64,000 nucleotides of DNA from a bacterium (GCA_021796435.1 JAJYXM010000016.1:310625-374624), one strand, 5' to 3'; shown: positions 38,215 to 48,839, counted from the first letter of the stretch. Notes: generated from the letters alone by a model not told the origin. Numbers and translations: made by a program.

Positions 38215-41200
38215 AGGTACGTAACATTTTCGCCATAGCGTCTATCGGACTCGGCCTGGCGGCGGGTACGATGTTTCTGTCGGCCCACGCCGTACGAGCA
38301 CAGGTCGATACGGGGTTGCAGCAGGTGGGGCAGACGGTGAAGCTTTCAGGGACTGACCCGCGCACTATAGCCGCGAACATCATCAATATCGCGTTGGGCT
38401 TGGTGGGTATCGTGCTCGTCGGTCTGATACTTTACGGTGGCTTCCTGTACATGACGTCGGCCGGTGACAGCGCCAAAGTGGATAAAGCCAGGAAAGTCAT
38501 CACCAACGCCATAATCGGTCTGGTCATAGTGTTGTCGGCTTGGGCCATCACCAGATACGTAATAGATAAGTTGTTGCAGGCGACGCAGGAAGGCGGAGGC
38601 GTCGGTGGAGGTGCTAGCTCTGGTTATGTCGGAGGGTTCGGCAGCGGAACGGGCGGCAGCAGCTTCAGGATAGTCTCGATCACTCCGCAAGGCAGCCAGC
38701 CTGGGAAGCCAAGGAATACCGTAGTCAAGATCCTTTTGACCAAGGCCGTGGATGAAGCGACAGCTTCTGCCGTTACCGTGGTCAAAGATGGCGGTACGAC
38801 CGTCGGAGGCACTATTGCGGTTCAAGGGACGCTTGTGACGTTTACGCCGGTACAAGCCTGTCCTTCGCCGAACGAAACACGTAAATGTTTCGACGCCGAT
38901 TCGGCCTTTACGATTAAAGTCGGGACAAGCCTGAAATCAGCTCAAGGACAGCCGATCGCTTGCGGCGGTTTTGCACCAGCATGCGAAGCGCATTTCACTA
39001 CAGGCAATCTGGTCGACGTTTCGGGCCCGAACGTGTCTTTGACCTTCCCGACGGACGGCATGTCGATCCAGCAGAATTATTATTCGGATGTCTTGGCTCA
39101 TGCGACAGACGATAGCGGCGTCGCAATCGTGCAATTTTTGGATGGCGCCGATGAGATCGGCAGCGACGGACCGAGTTCGGCGGATACGCCACTAAGTTTC
39201 GATGCCAAGATTTTTTGGGATACGGCTGGAGCTGCTTTAGGCGTGCATACCTTGACCGCAAAGGCGTTGGATTTGGATACGAACACGACGCAAAGCCAGA
39301 GCGTTTCGGTCGTCGTACGCCCGGAACATTGTTTCAACGGTAAACAGGATCAGGATGAGACTGGCATAGACTGTGGTGGTGATCCGAACAGCACGGATTT
39401 CTGTGGCGTATGCAGCGGTGGTTCGTGTACCAGTAATAGCCAATGTTCTTCGGGTTTTTGCCAAGGCGGGGTGTGTATCGAGAAGCCTGTGATCAAGTCA
39501 GTTTCTCCGTTGAACGGCAAGCCGGGTACTTTCGTCTCCATCGCGGGTACTAATTTCGGAACTAATCCGGGTACGGTCGTTTTCTTAGGTGACCCGAACA
39601 ATCCAGCCGACGATAAAATCGCAGTCGCGCCACAAGCCTGTGTCAATGCAGGAAGCCAAACATGGAGCAATACGCAGGCGATAGTTTCTTTGCCGGACGG
39701 TGCAGCTTCAGGGCCGATAGAAATCAAGAATGCTTCCAGCTCGTTGACCGACAGGACGGATCAAGATCCTGGGCCGGCAGTCGCAGATTTCGTCGTGGAT
39801 AATACGGAACATCCTGGGCTTTGTGCTTTGGATCCAGCGTCCGATAGCGTTGGCAAAAACGTGAAAGCTATAGGACAGGGTTTTGGAAATTCGCAGGGCA
39901 AGGTCATATTCGGTTCCCTGGACCAGCAACTGGCGGGATCACCGTGGTCTGACGCTAACGTCACATTCAAGGTTCCGGTCGTCAACAACGGGCCGTATCA
40001 GGTCTGGGTCCAGACAGGCGCAGGCACAAGTAATCCGGCACAGTTCGTGGTGACGGAAAAGAGCCTCGAAGCGGCTCCTGAATTGGATAGCCTCGATCCG
40101 ACGCAAGGCCCATTGCAGCAATATGTGACGCTGTATGGCAGGAATTTCGGATATAACGTAGGAACGGTGATTTTTTCCGCACAGGATGGTACCGAGGCGA
40201 TCGGTGACACGAGTTTTCCGGCTGCTTGCAGCGCAGGTTTCTGGTTGGATGACACGATCGTAGTCAAAGTCCCTTCGGTCTTCAAGAACGGTCAGGGATT
40301 GATCGACGGCACCTATCAGGTCAGGGTAAAACGTTCCGATAATAAGGAATCGGCCTCGTTGCCTTTCAATGTCAATAAATCCTTACCTCTCAAGCCAGGT
40401 ATCTGTGCCATCAGTCCCGCAGTCGGACCCGTGGGAACGGACGTGAAGATCTACGGTGAACGTTTCGGCTTCGACAAACCGTTGGTGTCTTTCAGCACGA
40501 GCAAGCAGGCTTTGGTGCAATCCAATACGAACCAGGAGGTGCAGACTTCGGTCCCGAATAATTCGATCACCGGTCCGGTGACGGTCACGAGCAATGCCGT
40601 CATCTCTAATGGTTTCAATTTCCAGGTCAGGAATTGCAATGAAGCCCCTGAAATCTGCGGACCGGTCGATAAGTTCCAATGTTGCCAGACTGGGGAGTGT
40701 CGACCAGCGGGACAGTCTTGCGCCGTTGCACCGACCGAATCCGAATATGCCTGGCAACTTTCCACAGGACTGATTCCGTTGGCGCCATACGTCATCGAAG
40801 AATGCCGTCCGGACATCACTCCAGCGCCGACTCCTTCACCATCTCCATGGAGTGGTAGAGCTGGTGGGGACCAGGCGCCGACCGATGCGGCGATAACGAT
40901 GCGTTTTTCGCAGCAGCTCGAAATGAGCACGGTCACCAAACAAGCTTTCCATATATACGCCTGCAAAGGCGCCTCGGCCGATCCTTGCGATACGAAGGAA
41001 GCAATCCAGGATTTCACCATGCACTTGACCCACGAGAACAATCAGCAGGATTTGGTGACGTTGAATCCGAGCGCGAAGTTCGCGACCAATACCACATATC
41101 TGGTGACCATCTCGACAGACATAAAGGGCGCAGGCGAGACAGGGGCCAACATGATCGAGAACAAGGCCTGCGGCAAAGGCCAGAACAATGAGACTTATGG

Positions 41201-44200
41201 CTATTGTTTCAGGTTCAAGACGCGTGCTTCGGAAGAGCCGTCACAAGTCGGTTCGGTCGGCGTCGTTCCATCCAGCTATACCTTCAAGGAGACCGGAGTC
41301 TACATCGGCTACGAAGCCGTACCGACGGATGCACAAGATAAATGCATCGTCCTGGATTGCCAGCAGTTCAACTGGAATTGGCATGCCGGAGATACGCGCG
41401 GGTCGATCACCAACATGACCGGCGGACAATTCAATTACGGCCTGTGCAACCAGCAAGGGACGGGAAATTTCGAGACGGGTAACGTACCGGTGGACATACT
41501 TTCCGATCTGGCCGGCACCAGCCTCACGGGACAAGGCGAGATGTTCGTGAATTTCGTGCCGCCCCGCGTCGAGGAATATGCGCCGAAGTGCGACGAGGCG
41601 TGCAGCAATGCTTTGATCTGGGCCAGGTTCTCGGCCAAGCTCGATGCAGCTTCGGCCTTGACCCCGAACAACATCAAATTGCAGAAGTGTTATAACGAAA
41701 ATTGTTTCGAATCGGAATTGGGCCAGCCTATCGCCATCACGATGAACCTTAAGGACGATACGACGATCGAGATTTCGCATGCACCACTCGAAGCCGGAGG
41801 ATTCTATCGTCTTTTCCTGCGTGGCGGACCTAACGCCATAAATCCTGCCACACTGGAGAATAACGGAATCCAGGGCCTGAACGGCGTGCCGATGACGGGA
41901 ACCAACCATCCGGAAGGGTTTTTCTGGAAATTCCGTGTGTTGCAAGGGACCGCAGCTTTCTGCAAGGCGGAACGCGTAGACCTCAAACCTTTGGAGAAAT
42001 ACGAGACGAACGTCGATGCACGTCAGCTTTTCGAGGCGACGCCGTATAGCCCGCCGGATAAGTGCAGCTCTGATGGCCAGCAGTTGGTGAACCAGGGGGA
42101 TACACAATGGGCATCAGGCGATATCACGGTCGCGGATTTCTACAGACAGGCACAGTCTCTAATCAAGTCCGATAAGACGAAGCTGCCTGCAGGCTGTTCG
42201 TCAAAATGCTTAGCCATGGGAGCTGGCGGGTTGTTCGGCAAGGTCGCGATGTGCGGTAACGGCATCATAGAGACGACTGACGCGAATTATTGCGTAGGTG
42301 GAAAGACTCCCCGAGGTAGCGCATGTAAGCTCATGCCGGCTGGCGCGAAAGCAGGCGAGGAATGTGAGCCGACGATAGACGGTTTGGATAAGTGCGATGT
42401 CGCTACATGCTTGTTCCGTTCCGTGGCAGCTGTCAATCAGGGAGGCACTTGTGGTGACGGTACGGTGCAGGCCGCCGCTGGTGAAGCGTGTGATTACGGC
42501 CCGACATGCGTAGGCGGCAGTACAGCGACCAGCTCTACGCCTGTGCCTGAATATGCTTCATGTCCGGATGCGACGACCAAACAAGCTTGTGAAAACGCCG
42601 GAGGAGTATGCGCGATGCATGATTACCGCGGATGCTCGGCGAATTGTCGGCATACCGGAGCCAAGTCGGGCAAGACGACTTGCGGTAACGGAGATTTCCA
42701 CGGCGACGGAAAAGATTGCGATGACGGCAACGTGGCTAACGGCGATGGATGCAGTTCGGATTGTCTACACGAGCCGTCACAGCCATCTACCGTTTTAGCG
42801 GCGGTGTGCGGTAACGGTATTTTGGAAAAAGGCGAGACATGCGAAGCCACTATGGTGAACGGGAGCCCGGTTTTCGCTCCGGGATGCGACAGCAGTTCGT
42901 GTCTGCATACAGGTACCTTATCCTGCATGCCGGGTCAGAACCTCAGTTGCTGCGGTAATGCGGTGCTTGATCCAGGAGAGGACTGCGACGACGGCAACAC
43001 CGCCTCAAAAGACGGATGCAGCTCGAGTTGTCTGTTGGAAGGTTCATCAGCCTATTATTCCGCCGTACCTTCCGGTATCGCGCCGAGTTTCTGCGGCAAC
43101 GGTTATCTGGAGAAGGGCGAACAGTGCGAGGTGGGCGCTTCATCCGACAGTATCGCTAAATTGGTTTACGCAGGCCTGCCGAAGGACGCTGCCTTGGCAT
43201 GGTCGCCGGTCTTGAACAAGAGTTTCGCTAACATCCAAAGCGGCATCGACCCCATACAGTTGGCCAAAATAATCGGCGAAAAAGAACCCGATCCAGCGAC
43301 CGGAAGATCATCTTCCGAATTGAGCGCGGTGATGCTGGAACAGACGGGTAAAGCGACGTATGGCCTGCAGTGCGGCTATAACGACGAAGCGAATTGCACT
43401 CCGGATGACCTGTCTAACCCGCGCGGTCTGGATGATTTCGGTTGCTGCCGACTGCGTCCGATCGTGGCCAAGGCTTATCCGCCACCGCCGCCATTCGAGG
43501 CTTGCCGTAATGTCCAGATCCAGATCGAATTCAATCAGGCGATGGATACGGTATCGGTGACCAATAATTTCGAGATTTCTGAAGGTCCTGATGCAGCGAA
43601 CAAATGTCCGGACGGTACGCAGGAAGTCGTGTTGAACACTGATAATCAGCCGGGTTTCTGGAATTTCCTGAAACGCATTTGGCGCTCGATCGTCGCTTGG
43701 ATCTTTAAGCAGCCCGCCATAGCCGAGAAGTGGTGCGTAGGCAAAGTCACGGGACAACTCACCGCAGCCGATCAGCAATCGCAGGCGACTAAATTCATCT
43801 ACACTTTGGATCATGCCCTGGATGCCGGAAAGCTTTATCGTATCAGGTTGAAAGGCGACGATGATCTGACCGACAACGCTGACAAGAACGCACGGCATGG
43901 CATCAAGACGGCGGCTGGCGTGGTGCATGATGGCGACATCACATGGAACTTCAAGACGGGCAACCAAATCTGCGCCTTGAACACCGTCACGATATACGAT
44001 GTGACGCAGGATCCGCCGGACGAGAAGCATCCTTTCCTATACGTGAACAAAGGCAACAAGTCTGAAGAGAGGCATTTCGAGGCAGAGGCGCAATCACTGC
44101 AGAACGGCACGGCGATACCGCTTTCGACGACAGCTGAATACCAGTGGGATTGGCACGTCTGGACGACGAGCGATCCGGATTTGGTTAATTATAGCCCGAA

Positions 44201-47200
44201 TTATCCGATCCAACCGCCGACCTACAAAGGACATTTCGTTTCGGTGGTCGAGGGTAGCGCGCAAAAGAACGGGCACGCGATACTGACGGCCGGCATCAAA
44301 GTCGTCCACGACGAAGTTAACGTCCCGTCATCCACGGGTTCGGTAATACAAGGCGTGGCACATGTCGCGGTCTTGGCTTGCGAGAACCCATGGCCATCGC
44401 TGCAGACTTCTCCGTTCAGCGACACCAAGACTTGGTTGAACGACCGTTGGGCCGATCTGCCTGATTCAAGGCCTAACATCTTCATCGGCAACGATCCGTA
44501 TATCGGCAAACCGGTCTTCTACAATTTCTCCACCATGTATTGTCGCGATGCGGGCGTGGAGCATGACCAGACCGACGATCTGCCGGAACTCGTGATAAAC
44601 CAGGTGCCGCGAACCGCAGTGGACAAAGCAAACGGCATCTTGCGTCAATACCTTTTGACCTTCAAGGACGATGCCTTGAAGAAGGATGGTATCGGTATCC
44701 GTGTCGCCGAGAATCCGCAGCATCTGTCGGCTTTGGAGTGGTACTACTCGAAGGGCTTCGCAGGCAAACCGAAAGTGCTTAGCGTAGACGGATATCCGGC
44801 GGTCCAAGACGGCAATACGTTATATGTCGATGCCGCCAACCAACCCGAAACGAACGAATCGATATATTCGAACATCTATGTCTTCTCCTTGAATCCGGAT
44901 GCTCAGCAGGTGACGCAGGACATATTCAAACAGCTGGTCCAATATCTGGCTTTCAACGTCAACATCGTCGGTCAGAGCAATACCTGCCATATAGCAACGG
45001 GCGCGAACCAATACACGAATACCGACATCTACACCGACAGTCAGGGAGTACCGAAACGCTGCACCGCAGATTGGGAGTGTGCACCTTTGGATTCCTCGAG
45101 CAATCTGTTCTGCGATTCCAATAAGGCCAAGATGGCACGTGACACGCAGCGCATGGCTGATTTCCAGGCCATCAACAAACGGTTGCTGGAGACGCGAGAT
45201 GCGCAGGGCAGATATCTGCAGCTCCAGACCGGAACGTACCTTAAAGGATTGACGACCTCATTGTGGCCGTCATGGACGGATGAATTCGGGAAGGCCTTGG
45301 GCACCATGCCGGTTGATCCGATCGATAGGTTCTTGACTTGTGGAGAGTGCACTGACGGGAGTGTGTGCCAGACGGATAAGGACTGCGGGGAAAACGGCAA
45401 GTGCATGGGTAAACGTTTCGAGAACGGCGAATGGGTGGACGCACCGGATCTGGATCCGCAGACCTGTTGGAACTCTAAAGCGTTCACCTATACCTGTCCG
45501 GCTTATAAGACCGGCAATCCGTTCTCGGTCTCGCGTCTGTACCAGTACCGCTCCTTGGCCGGAGGCACACAGTATGAATTGGCTTCGGAGTTCGAAGTCC
45601 AACCAATGACATTGAACCAGAAAGACTGGTGGTACCCGGCATTGCCGAGCACCATGTACCAGTGCGTGAATCCAGGAGCGGTCGGCAGATATTGCAATGA
45701 CGGCAACGGCAATCCATCAGATGCCCTATGCCGTATATGCGCGAATCCAGCCAGCTGCAAACAGTGCAAGACGAGCGGTGCGGATTGCACGACTAACGCG
45801 GCAGTCTGTGCTGCGCCGGATACGTGCGTGGATGTAGCTTCGATCCCCGCGTCCTGTCGGCCTTTCGGGGGTACGTTCAAATATGCCGGAGTCTGCACCA
45901 ATCAAGCTTATGCCGAGAACGGGACTTGCGGAGACAAGGTCCTCAACAATAACGAACTATGTGAATTAGGCGACACAAAGTCCGAAACCTGTACCGTGAA
46001 CGGTAAGCCGGGACATCGCCAGCTGGCATGTAATGCGTGCACCAAGTTCGATGTGGATCCGCAGAGACCGCAGTGCGTGGAGGATTCGGTTTGTGGCAAT
46101 GGCCGTATAGATAAGGTTTGCGCCGGAAGTACGGTTTCGTGTTTAAGTAATGCTGACTGTACGGGAGGCGTGCTCTGCATCAATAATGAAGCATGCGATG
46201 ATGGGGTGGATAACGGTAAATACGGTCATTGCAACGCGACGTGTCAGGGCTATGCGGGGTTCTGTGGAGATGGTCAGCTTTCGCCAGGTGAAGTCTGTGA
46301 TAAGGGTGTGAACAATGGCCAGTGGAGCAACGCTTATAATGCAGCTACCTGTGCGACGAACTGCAAAGGCGTGGGTCCGTATTGCGGCGATGAGGAGATC
46401 AACGGCTCGGAAGAGTGTGACGGCGGTGCCCAGACGACGCAGGCTGCTTTCTGCATAAACGCCAACCCACCGACGCTTTGTGATACGAATGCCGATTGCC
46501 CGCAAGGTAAATTATGCGCGGGTAAAGCGGTCGCTCGTCTAGACGCAAAATCTTCCCGGACGTTAGCGTTCGTCCGTGGGAAGTTGGGTGAGGCTTGGTT
46601 GAATTATGTGTTGGTACCGGCGGTCCAGGCTGCACCTCCGCCACCCCAGCAACAGAATAGTTCCAACATAAATTCGGTCGTCTACACTAAGTTAAATATC
46701 TGGACCACTAACACCATCAAACCCGGTAAACTCAGCGGCGGGTTGCAGTTCATTCCTGCTATCCCTGGCGGTGGAGGCGGAGGACAACAGACGACGCAAT
46801 ATGTCGATGTCAACGGCAATAAGATAAACGTCACAGCGTTCAATTCATGCGAGGGTGTGTATGTCGTGGATTCAAACGGAATCAAGCGCGAGACGCAGCA
46901 CGTGAGGAACTGCAATGCTCCTGGCGCCACCAACTCCTGTAAGTGGAGCGACTGGACCGGTTGTGTCCCGGTCGGCATCTGTGGCGACGGCATCAAGGAC
47001 CTTAACGAAGCTTGCGATAATGGAGCAAATAACGGCGATACAAAAGCGTGCACCTCGCAGTGCAAGGTCAATACTTGCGGCGACGGTCTGTTGAATGTCG
47101 GGGTAGAGGAATGCGATTCAGGTGCGCAGAACGGCCAAGTGACCTGTAACGCCGACTATGATTCGTCCTGCCTATCGTGCAGCAATCTGTGCAAGTTCAT

Positions 47201-48839
47201 GGCTTCGGCTGGAGGATATTGCGGCGACGGGGTAAAGAACGGTCCGGAACAATGCGACGGCACTCAAGGCCTGACTGTAGGGAATTCTCCGGTGACATGT
47301 TCGATGTTGGGCTATGATTACGGAGTGAACGCGAACAATAATGCGACTTGTGCTTCGGATTGCAATTACGGCGGTTGCAAGCGTTGTTCGGACGAGCCAG
47401 GCGACGGAGTGATAGAGGGAAGGGTGTATGATGCGGTTTTCCAGCAGGTCGTCCCGAACGCACGTGTCAGCCTGATGTATAAAGGTGCGAAAGTGGAAGA
47501 GGCTTTCACGGATCAGGACGGCAAATATAAATTCGTCGACCTAAATAAAAATTCCGCCTGTACGAGCTACAGAATCGTCATCGACATGTATCAGGATAAC
47601 GTATGTACAGGCCAAGACCATGCTGGTTTCAATTGCTTCAGCGTCGGTGTCAGTCCATGGGTCTATCCGTATGCTCTGGATGAAGGGGCGAATGGAGGAT
47701 ATTTCTCTTTCACCACAGACCTTTTCAGCTTCAGTACCTATAAGAGCGTGTTGAACGGTGAAGATTTCGACTCGGTGCCTCATATCGACATATTCCCGCG
47801 TCCTGAAAGAGGCCGTGCATATATGGCTATGACATGGAAGCCGACCGGAGGGACCATAGGTTACAAGGCTCATACGATATTGCCTGATGTAAGCGCCTAT
47901 AAGGTCGTAGATTTTGATGGCGGAGATACGACCATGTCGTGCGATTACGCTACGCGTCCGACTGCCGACGGAAAGGCTTGTGCACGAGATATAAACTGGC
48001 GTGCCTGGGGCTCGTGGCAGATCGATACCTTGCCATATACCCGAATGATATGTCTAAGGCGTGTAGGTGAATTGACTTCTGGATGGTCGAGCTCGGCTTC
48101 GAACGGCTGTCCATTCGAAGGCGTGACGAGCTGTCTGCAGAGGGCGGGTAAGACACTCAGCAGCTGCGGGTGTACTGTCGATGCAGATGGCAAGAAAGTG
48201 ACGTGCACAAGCACAAACTCGGCCTGTTTGGCCTGTGGGGCTGACGTGAGCCATTCGTGCAATAAGGATGCCCACTTCGCTGACTGTGCTAACCCTGTGA
48301 CATATGGACCGATCACCGTTTTGACTAACTATACTGCCCTGATGAACCAGAGCGAGGACATCAAGTTCTACTTCAGCGCCGGTCCGGGCGATGCGGCATC
48401 GTTCAAATCAGCGATGTCGAATACCTCAAAGGGCTATAAGGCTTATACGGCCATAACTGATTTGTCTGGCGCATCGGAGCTGCAAGTGATCGAAAAGCCA
48501 TCAGATTCGGGTTGGTTCTGGGAAATCGCTCACTTACAGCCGAAGCAACAAAAGGTCGTCAAGATAGATAAATTAGCCGGTAGCGACAATGACATGGCTA
48601 CGACAATGCAGAATACTCCGACGTCCAATAAACCGAGTTATCTTGATGGTTGGGGAGCTTGGTCGCTGTTCTTCCAAGCCGGTGGGAAAAATTATTGCGT
48701 AAGCACGACCGATAACACGAAACTTCATCCGACCATCGGCCCATGCTATTGGGATACTCCTAAACAGATTTGTGCACAGACGGCGGGCTATCACTGTGCA
48801 GACGTGGATCCCACGACTTATTACAAATATAACTGGTGA
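38211..48839 (+). CDS. Giant (about 3,542 aa) cell-surface protein: pilin-like N-module, Ig-like domains, IPT/TIG domains, about 25 cysteine-rich CGDG/CGNG...CDDGN repeats, carboxypeptidase-regulatory-like domain, Cys/Trp-rich C-terminal domain
   Basis: Single uninterrupted ORF. IPT/TIG signatures (PVIKSVSPLNGKPGTFVSIAGTNFG; PELDSLDPTQGPLQQYVTLYGRNFG; PGICAISPAVGPVGTDVKIYGERFG). Repeats such as CGNGILEKGETCE, CDDGNVANGDGCSSDC and CGDGLLNVGVEECDSG, like the Myxococcus cysteine-rich repeat. CarbopepD-reg-like GRVYDAVFQQVVPNARVSL...TDQDGKYKF. Confidence 0.8.
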   Translation: MKVRNIFAIASIGLGLAAGTMFLSAHAVRAQVDTGLQQVGQTVKLSGTDPRTIAANIINIALGLVGIVLVGLILYGGFLYMTSAGDSAKVDKARKVITNAIIGLVIVLSAWAITRYVIDKLLQATQEGGGVGGGASSGYVGGFGSGTGGSSFRIVSITPQGSQPGKPRNTVVKILLTKAVDEATASAVTVVKDGGTTVGGTIAVQGTLVTFTPVQACPSPNETRKCFDADSAFTIKVGTSLKSAQGQPIACGGFAPACEAHFTTGNLVDVSGPNVSLTFPTDGMSIQQNYYSDVLAHATDDSGVAIVQFLDGADEIGSDGPSSADTPLSFDAKIFWDTAGAALGVHTLTAKALDLDTNTTQSQSVSVVVRPEHCFNGKQDQDETGIDCGGDPNSTDFCGVCSGGSCTSNSQCSSGFCQGGVCIEKPVIKSVSPLNGKPGTFVSIAGTNFGTNPGTVVFLGDPNNPADDKIAVAPQACVNAGSQTWSNTQAIVSLPDGAASGPIEIKNASSSLTDRTDQDPGPAVADFVVDNTEHPGLCALDPASDSVGKNVKAIGQGFGNSQGKVIFGSLDQQLAGSPWSDANVTFKVPVVNNGPYQVWVQTGAGTSNPAQFVVTEKSLEAAPELDSLDPTQGPLQQYVTLYGRNFGYNVGTVIFSAQDGTEAIGDTSFPAACSAGFWLDDTIVVKVPSVFKNGQGLIDGTYQVRVKRSDNKESASLPFNVNKSLPLKPGICAISPAVGPVGTDVKIYGERFGFDKPLVSFSTSKQALVQSNTNQEVQTSVPNNSITGPVTVTSNAVISNGFNFQVRNCNEAPEICGPVDKFQCCQTGECRPAGQSCAVAPTESEYAWQLSTGLIPLAPYVIEECRPDITPAPTPSPSPWSGRAGGDQAPTDAAITMRFSQQLEMSTVTKQAFHIYACKGASADPCDTKEAIQDFTMHLTHENNQQDLVTLNPSAKFATNTTYLVTISTDIKGAGETGANMIENKACGKGQNNETYGYCFRFKTRASEEPSQVGSVGVVPSSYTFKETGVYIGYEAVPTDAQDKCIVLDCQQFNWNWHAGDTRGSITNMTGGQFNYGLCNQQGTGNFETGNVPVDILSDLAGTSLTGQGEMFVNFVPPRVEEYAPKCDEACSNALIWARFSAKLDAASALTPNNIKLQKCYNENCFESELGQPIAITMNLKDDTTIEISHAPLEAGGFYRLFLRGGPNAINPATLENNGIQGLNGVPMTGTNHPEGFFWKFRVLQGTAAFCKAERVDLKPLEKYETNVDARQLFEATPYSPPDKCSSDGQQLVNQGDTQWASGDITVADFYRQAQSLIKSDKTKLPAGCSSKCLAMGAGGLFGKVAMCGNGIIETTDANYCVGGKTPRGSACKLMPAGAKAGEECEPTIDGLDKCDVATCLFRSVAAVNQGGTCGDGTVQAAAGEACDYGPTCVGGSTATSSTPVPEYASCPDATTKQACENAGGVCAMHDYRGCSANCRHTGAKSGKTTCGNGDFHGDGKDCDDGNVANGDGCSSDCLHEPSQPSTVLAAVCGNGILEKGETCEATMVNGSPVFAPGCDSSSCLHTGTLSCMPGQNLSCCGNAVLDPGEDCDDGNTASKDGCSSSCLLEGSSAYYSAVPSGIAPSFCGNGYLEKGEQCEVGASSDSIAKLVYAGLPKDAALAWSPVLNKSFANIQSGIDPIQLAKIIGEKEPDPATGRSSSELSAVMLEQTGKATYGLQCGYNDEANCTPDDLSNPRGLDDFGCCRLRPIVAKAYPPPPPFEACRNVQIQIEFNQAMDTVSVTNNFEISEGPDAANKCPDGTQEVVLNTDNQPGFWNFLKRIWRSIVAWIFKQPAIAEKWCVGKVTGQLTAADQQSQATKFIYTLDHALDAGKLYRIRLKGDDDLTDNADKNARHGIKTAAGVVHDGDITWNFKTGNQICALNTVTIYDVTQDPPDEKHPFLYVNKGNKSEERHFEAEAQSLQNGTAIPLSTTAEYQWDWHVWTTSDPDLVNYSPNYPIQPPTYKGHFVSVVEGSAQKNGHAILTAGIKVVHDEVNVPSSTGSVIQGVAHVAVLACENPWPSLQTSPFSDTKTWLNDRWADLPDSRPNIFIGNDPYIGKPVFYNFSTMYCRDAGVEHDQTDDLPELVINQVPRTAVDKANGILRQYLLTFKDDALKKDGIGIRVAENPQHLSALEWYYSKGFAGKPKVLSVDGYPAVQDGNTLYVDAANQPETNESIYSNIYVFSLNPDAQQVTQDIFKQLVQYLAFNVNIVGQSNTCHIATGANQYTNTDIYTDSQGVPKRCTADWECAPLDSSSNLFCDSNKAKMARDTQRMADFQAINKRLLETRDAQGRYLQLQTGTYLKGLTTSLWPSWTDEFGKALGTMPVDPIDRFLTCGECTDGSVCQTDKDCGENGKCMGKRFENGEWVDAPDLDPQTCWNSKAFTYTCPAYKTGNPFSVSRLYQYRSLAGGTQYELASEFEVQPMTLNQKDWWYPALPSTMYQCVNPGAVGRYCNDGNGNPSDALCRICANPASCKQCKTSGADCTTNAAVCAAPDTCVDVASIPASCRPFGGTFKYAGVCTNQAYAENGTCGDKVLNNNELCELGDTKSETCTVNGKPGHRQLACNACTKFDVDPQRPQCVEDSVCGNGRIDKVCAGSTVSCLSNADCTGGVLCINNEACDDGVDNGKYGHCNATCQGYAGFCGDGQLSPGEVCDKGVNNGQWSNAYNAATCATNCKGVGPYCGDEEINGSEECDGGAQTTQAAFCINANPPTLCDTNADCPQGKLCAGKAVARLDAKSSRTLAFVRGKLGEAWLNYVLVPAVQAAPPPPQQQNSSNINSVVYTKLNIWTTNTIKPGKLSGGLQFIPAIPGGGGGGQQTTQYVDVNGNKINVTAFNSCEGVYVVDSNGIKRETQHVRNCNAPGATNSCKWSDWTGCVPVGICGDGIKDLNEACDNGANNGDTKACTSQCKVNTCGDGLLNVGVEECDSGAQNGQVTCNADYDSSCLSCSNLCKFMASAGGYCGDGVKNGPEQCDGTQGLTVGNSPVTCSMLGYDYGVNANNNATCASDCNYGGCKRCSDEPGDGVIEGRVYDAVFQQVVPNARVSLMYKGAKVEEAFTDQDGKYKFVDLNKNSACTSYRIVIDMYQDNVCTGQDHAGFNCFSVGVSPWVYPYALDEGANGGYFSFTTDLFSFSTYKSVLNGEDFDSVPHIDIFPRPERGRAYMAMTWKPTGGTIGYKAHTILPDVSAYKVVDFDGGDTTMSCDYATRPTADGKACARDINWRAWGSWQIDTLPYTRMICLRRVGELTSGWSSSASNGCPFEGVTSCLQRAGKTLSSCGCTVDADGKKVTCTSTNSACLACGADVSHSCNKDAHFADCANPVTYGPITVLTNYTALMNQSEDIKFYFSAGPGDAASFKSAMSNTSKGYKAYTAITDLSGASELQVIEKPSDSGWFWEIAHLQPKQQKVVKIDKLAGSDNDMATTMQNTPTSNKPSYLDGWGAWSLFFQAGGKNYCVSTTDNTKLHPTIGPCYWDTPKQICAQTAGYHCADVDPTTYYKYNW

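Noticed and set aside
39000-48000. Many 60-200-aa ORFs on the minus strand inside the giant gene
   Set aside because: All antisense to a continuous 10.6-kb coding frame with clear domain content.
38211-48839. Possible CRISPR-like periodicity from the repeated CGDG/CGNG motifs
   Set aside because: The repeats are in-frame protein repeats of variable length and sequence. There are no exact DNA direct repeats with unique spacers and no cas genes.
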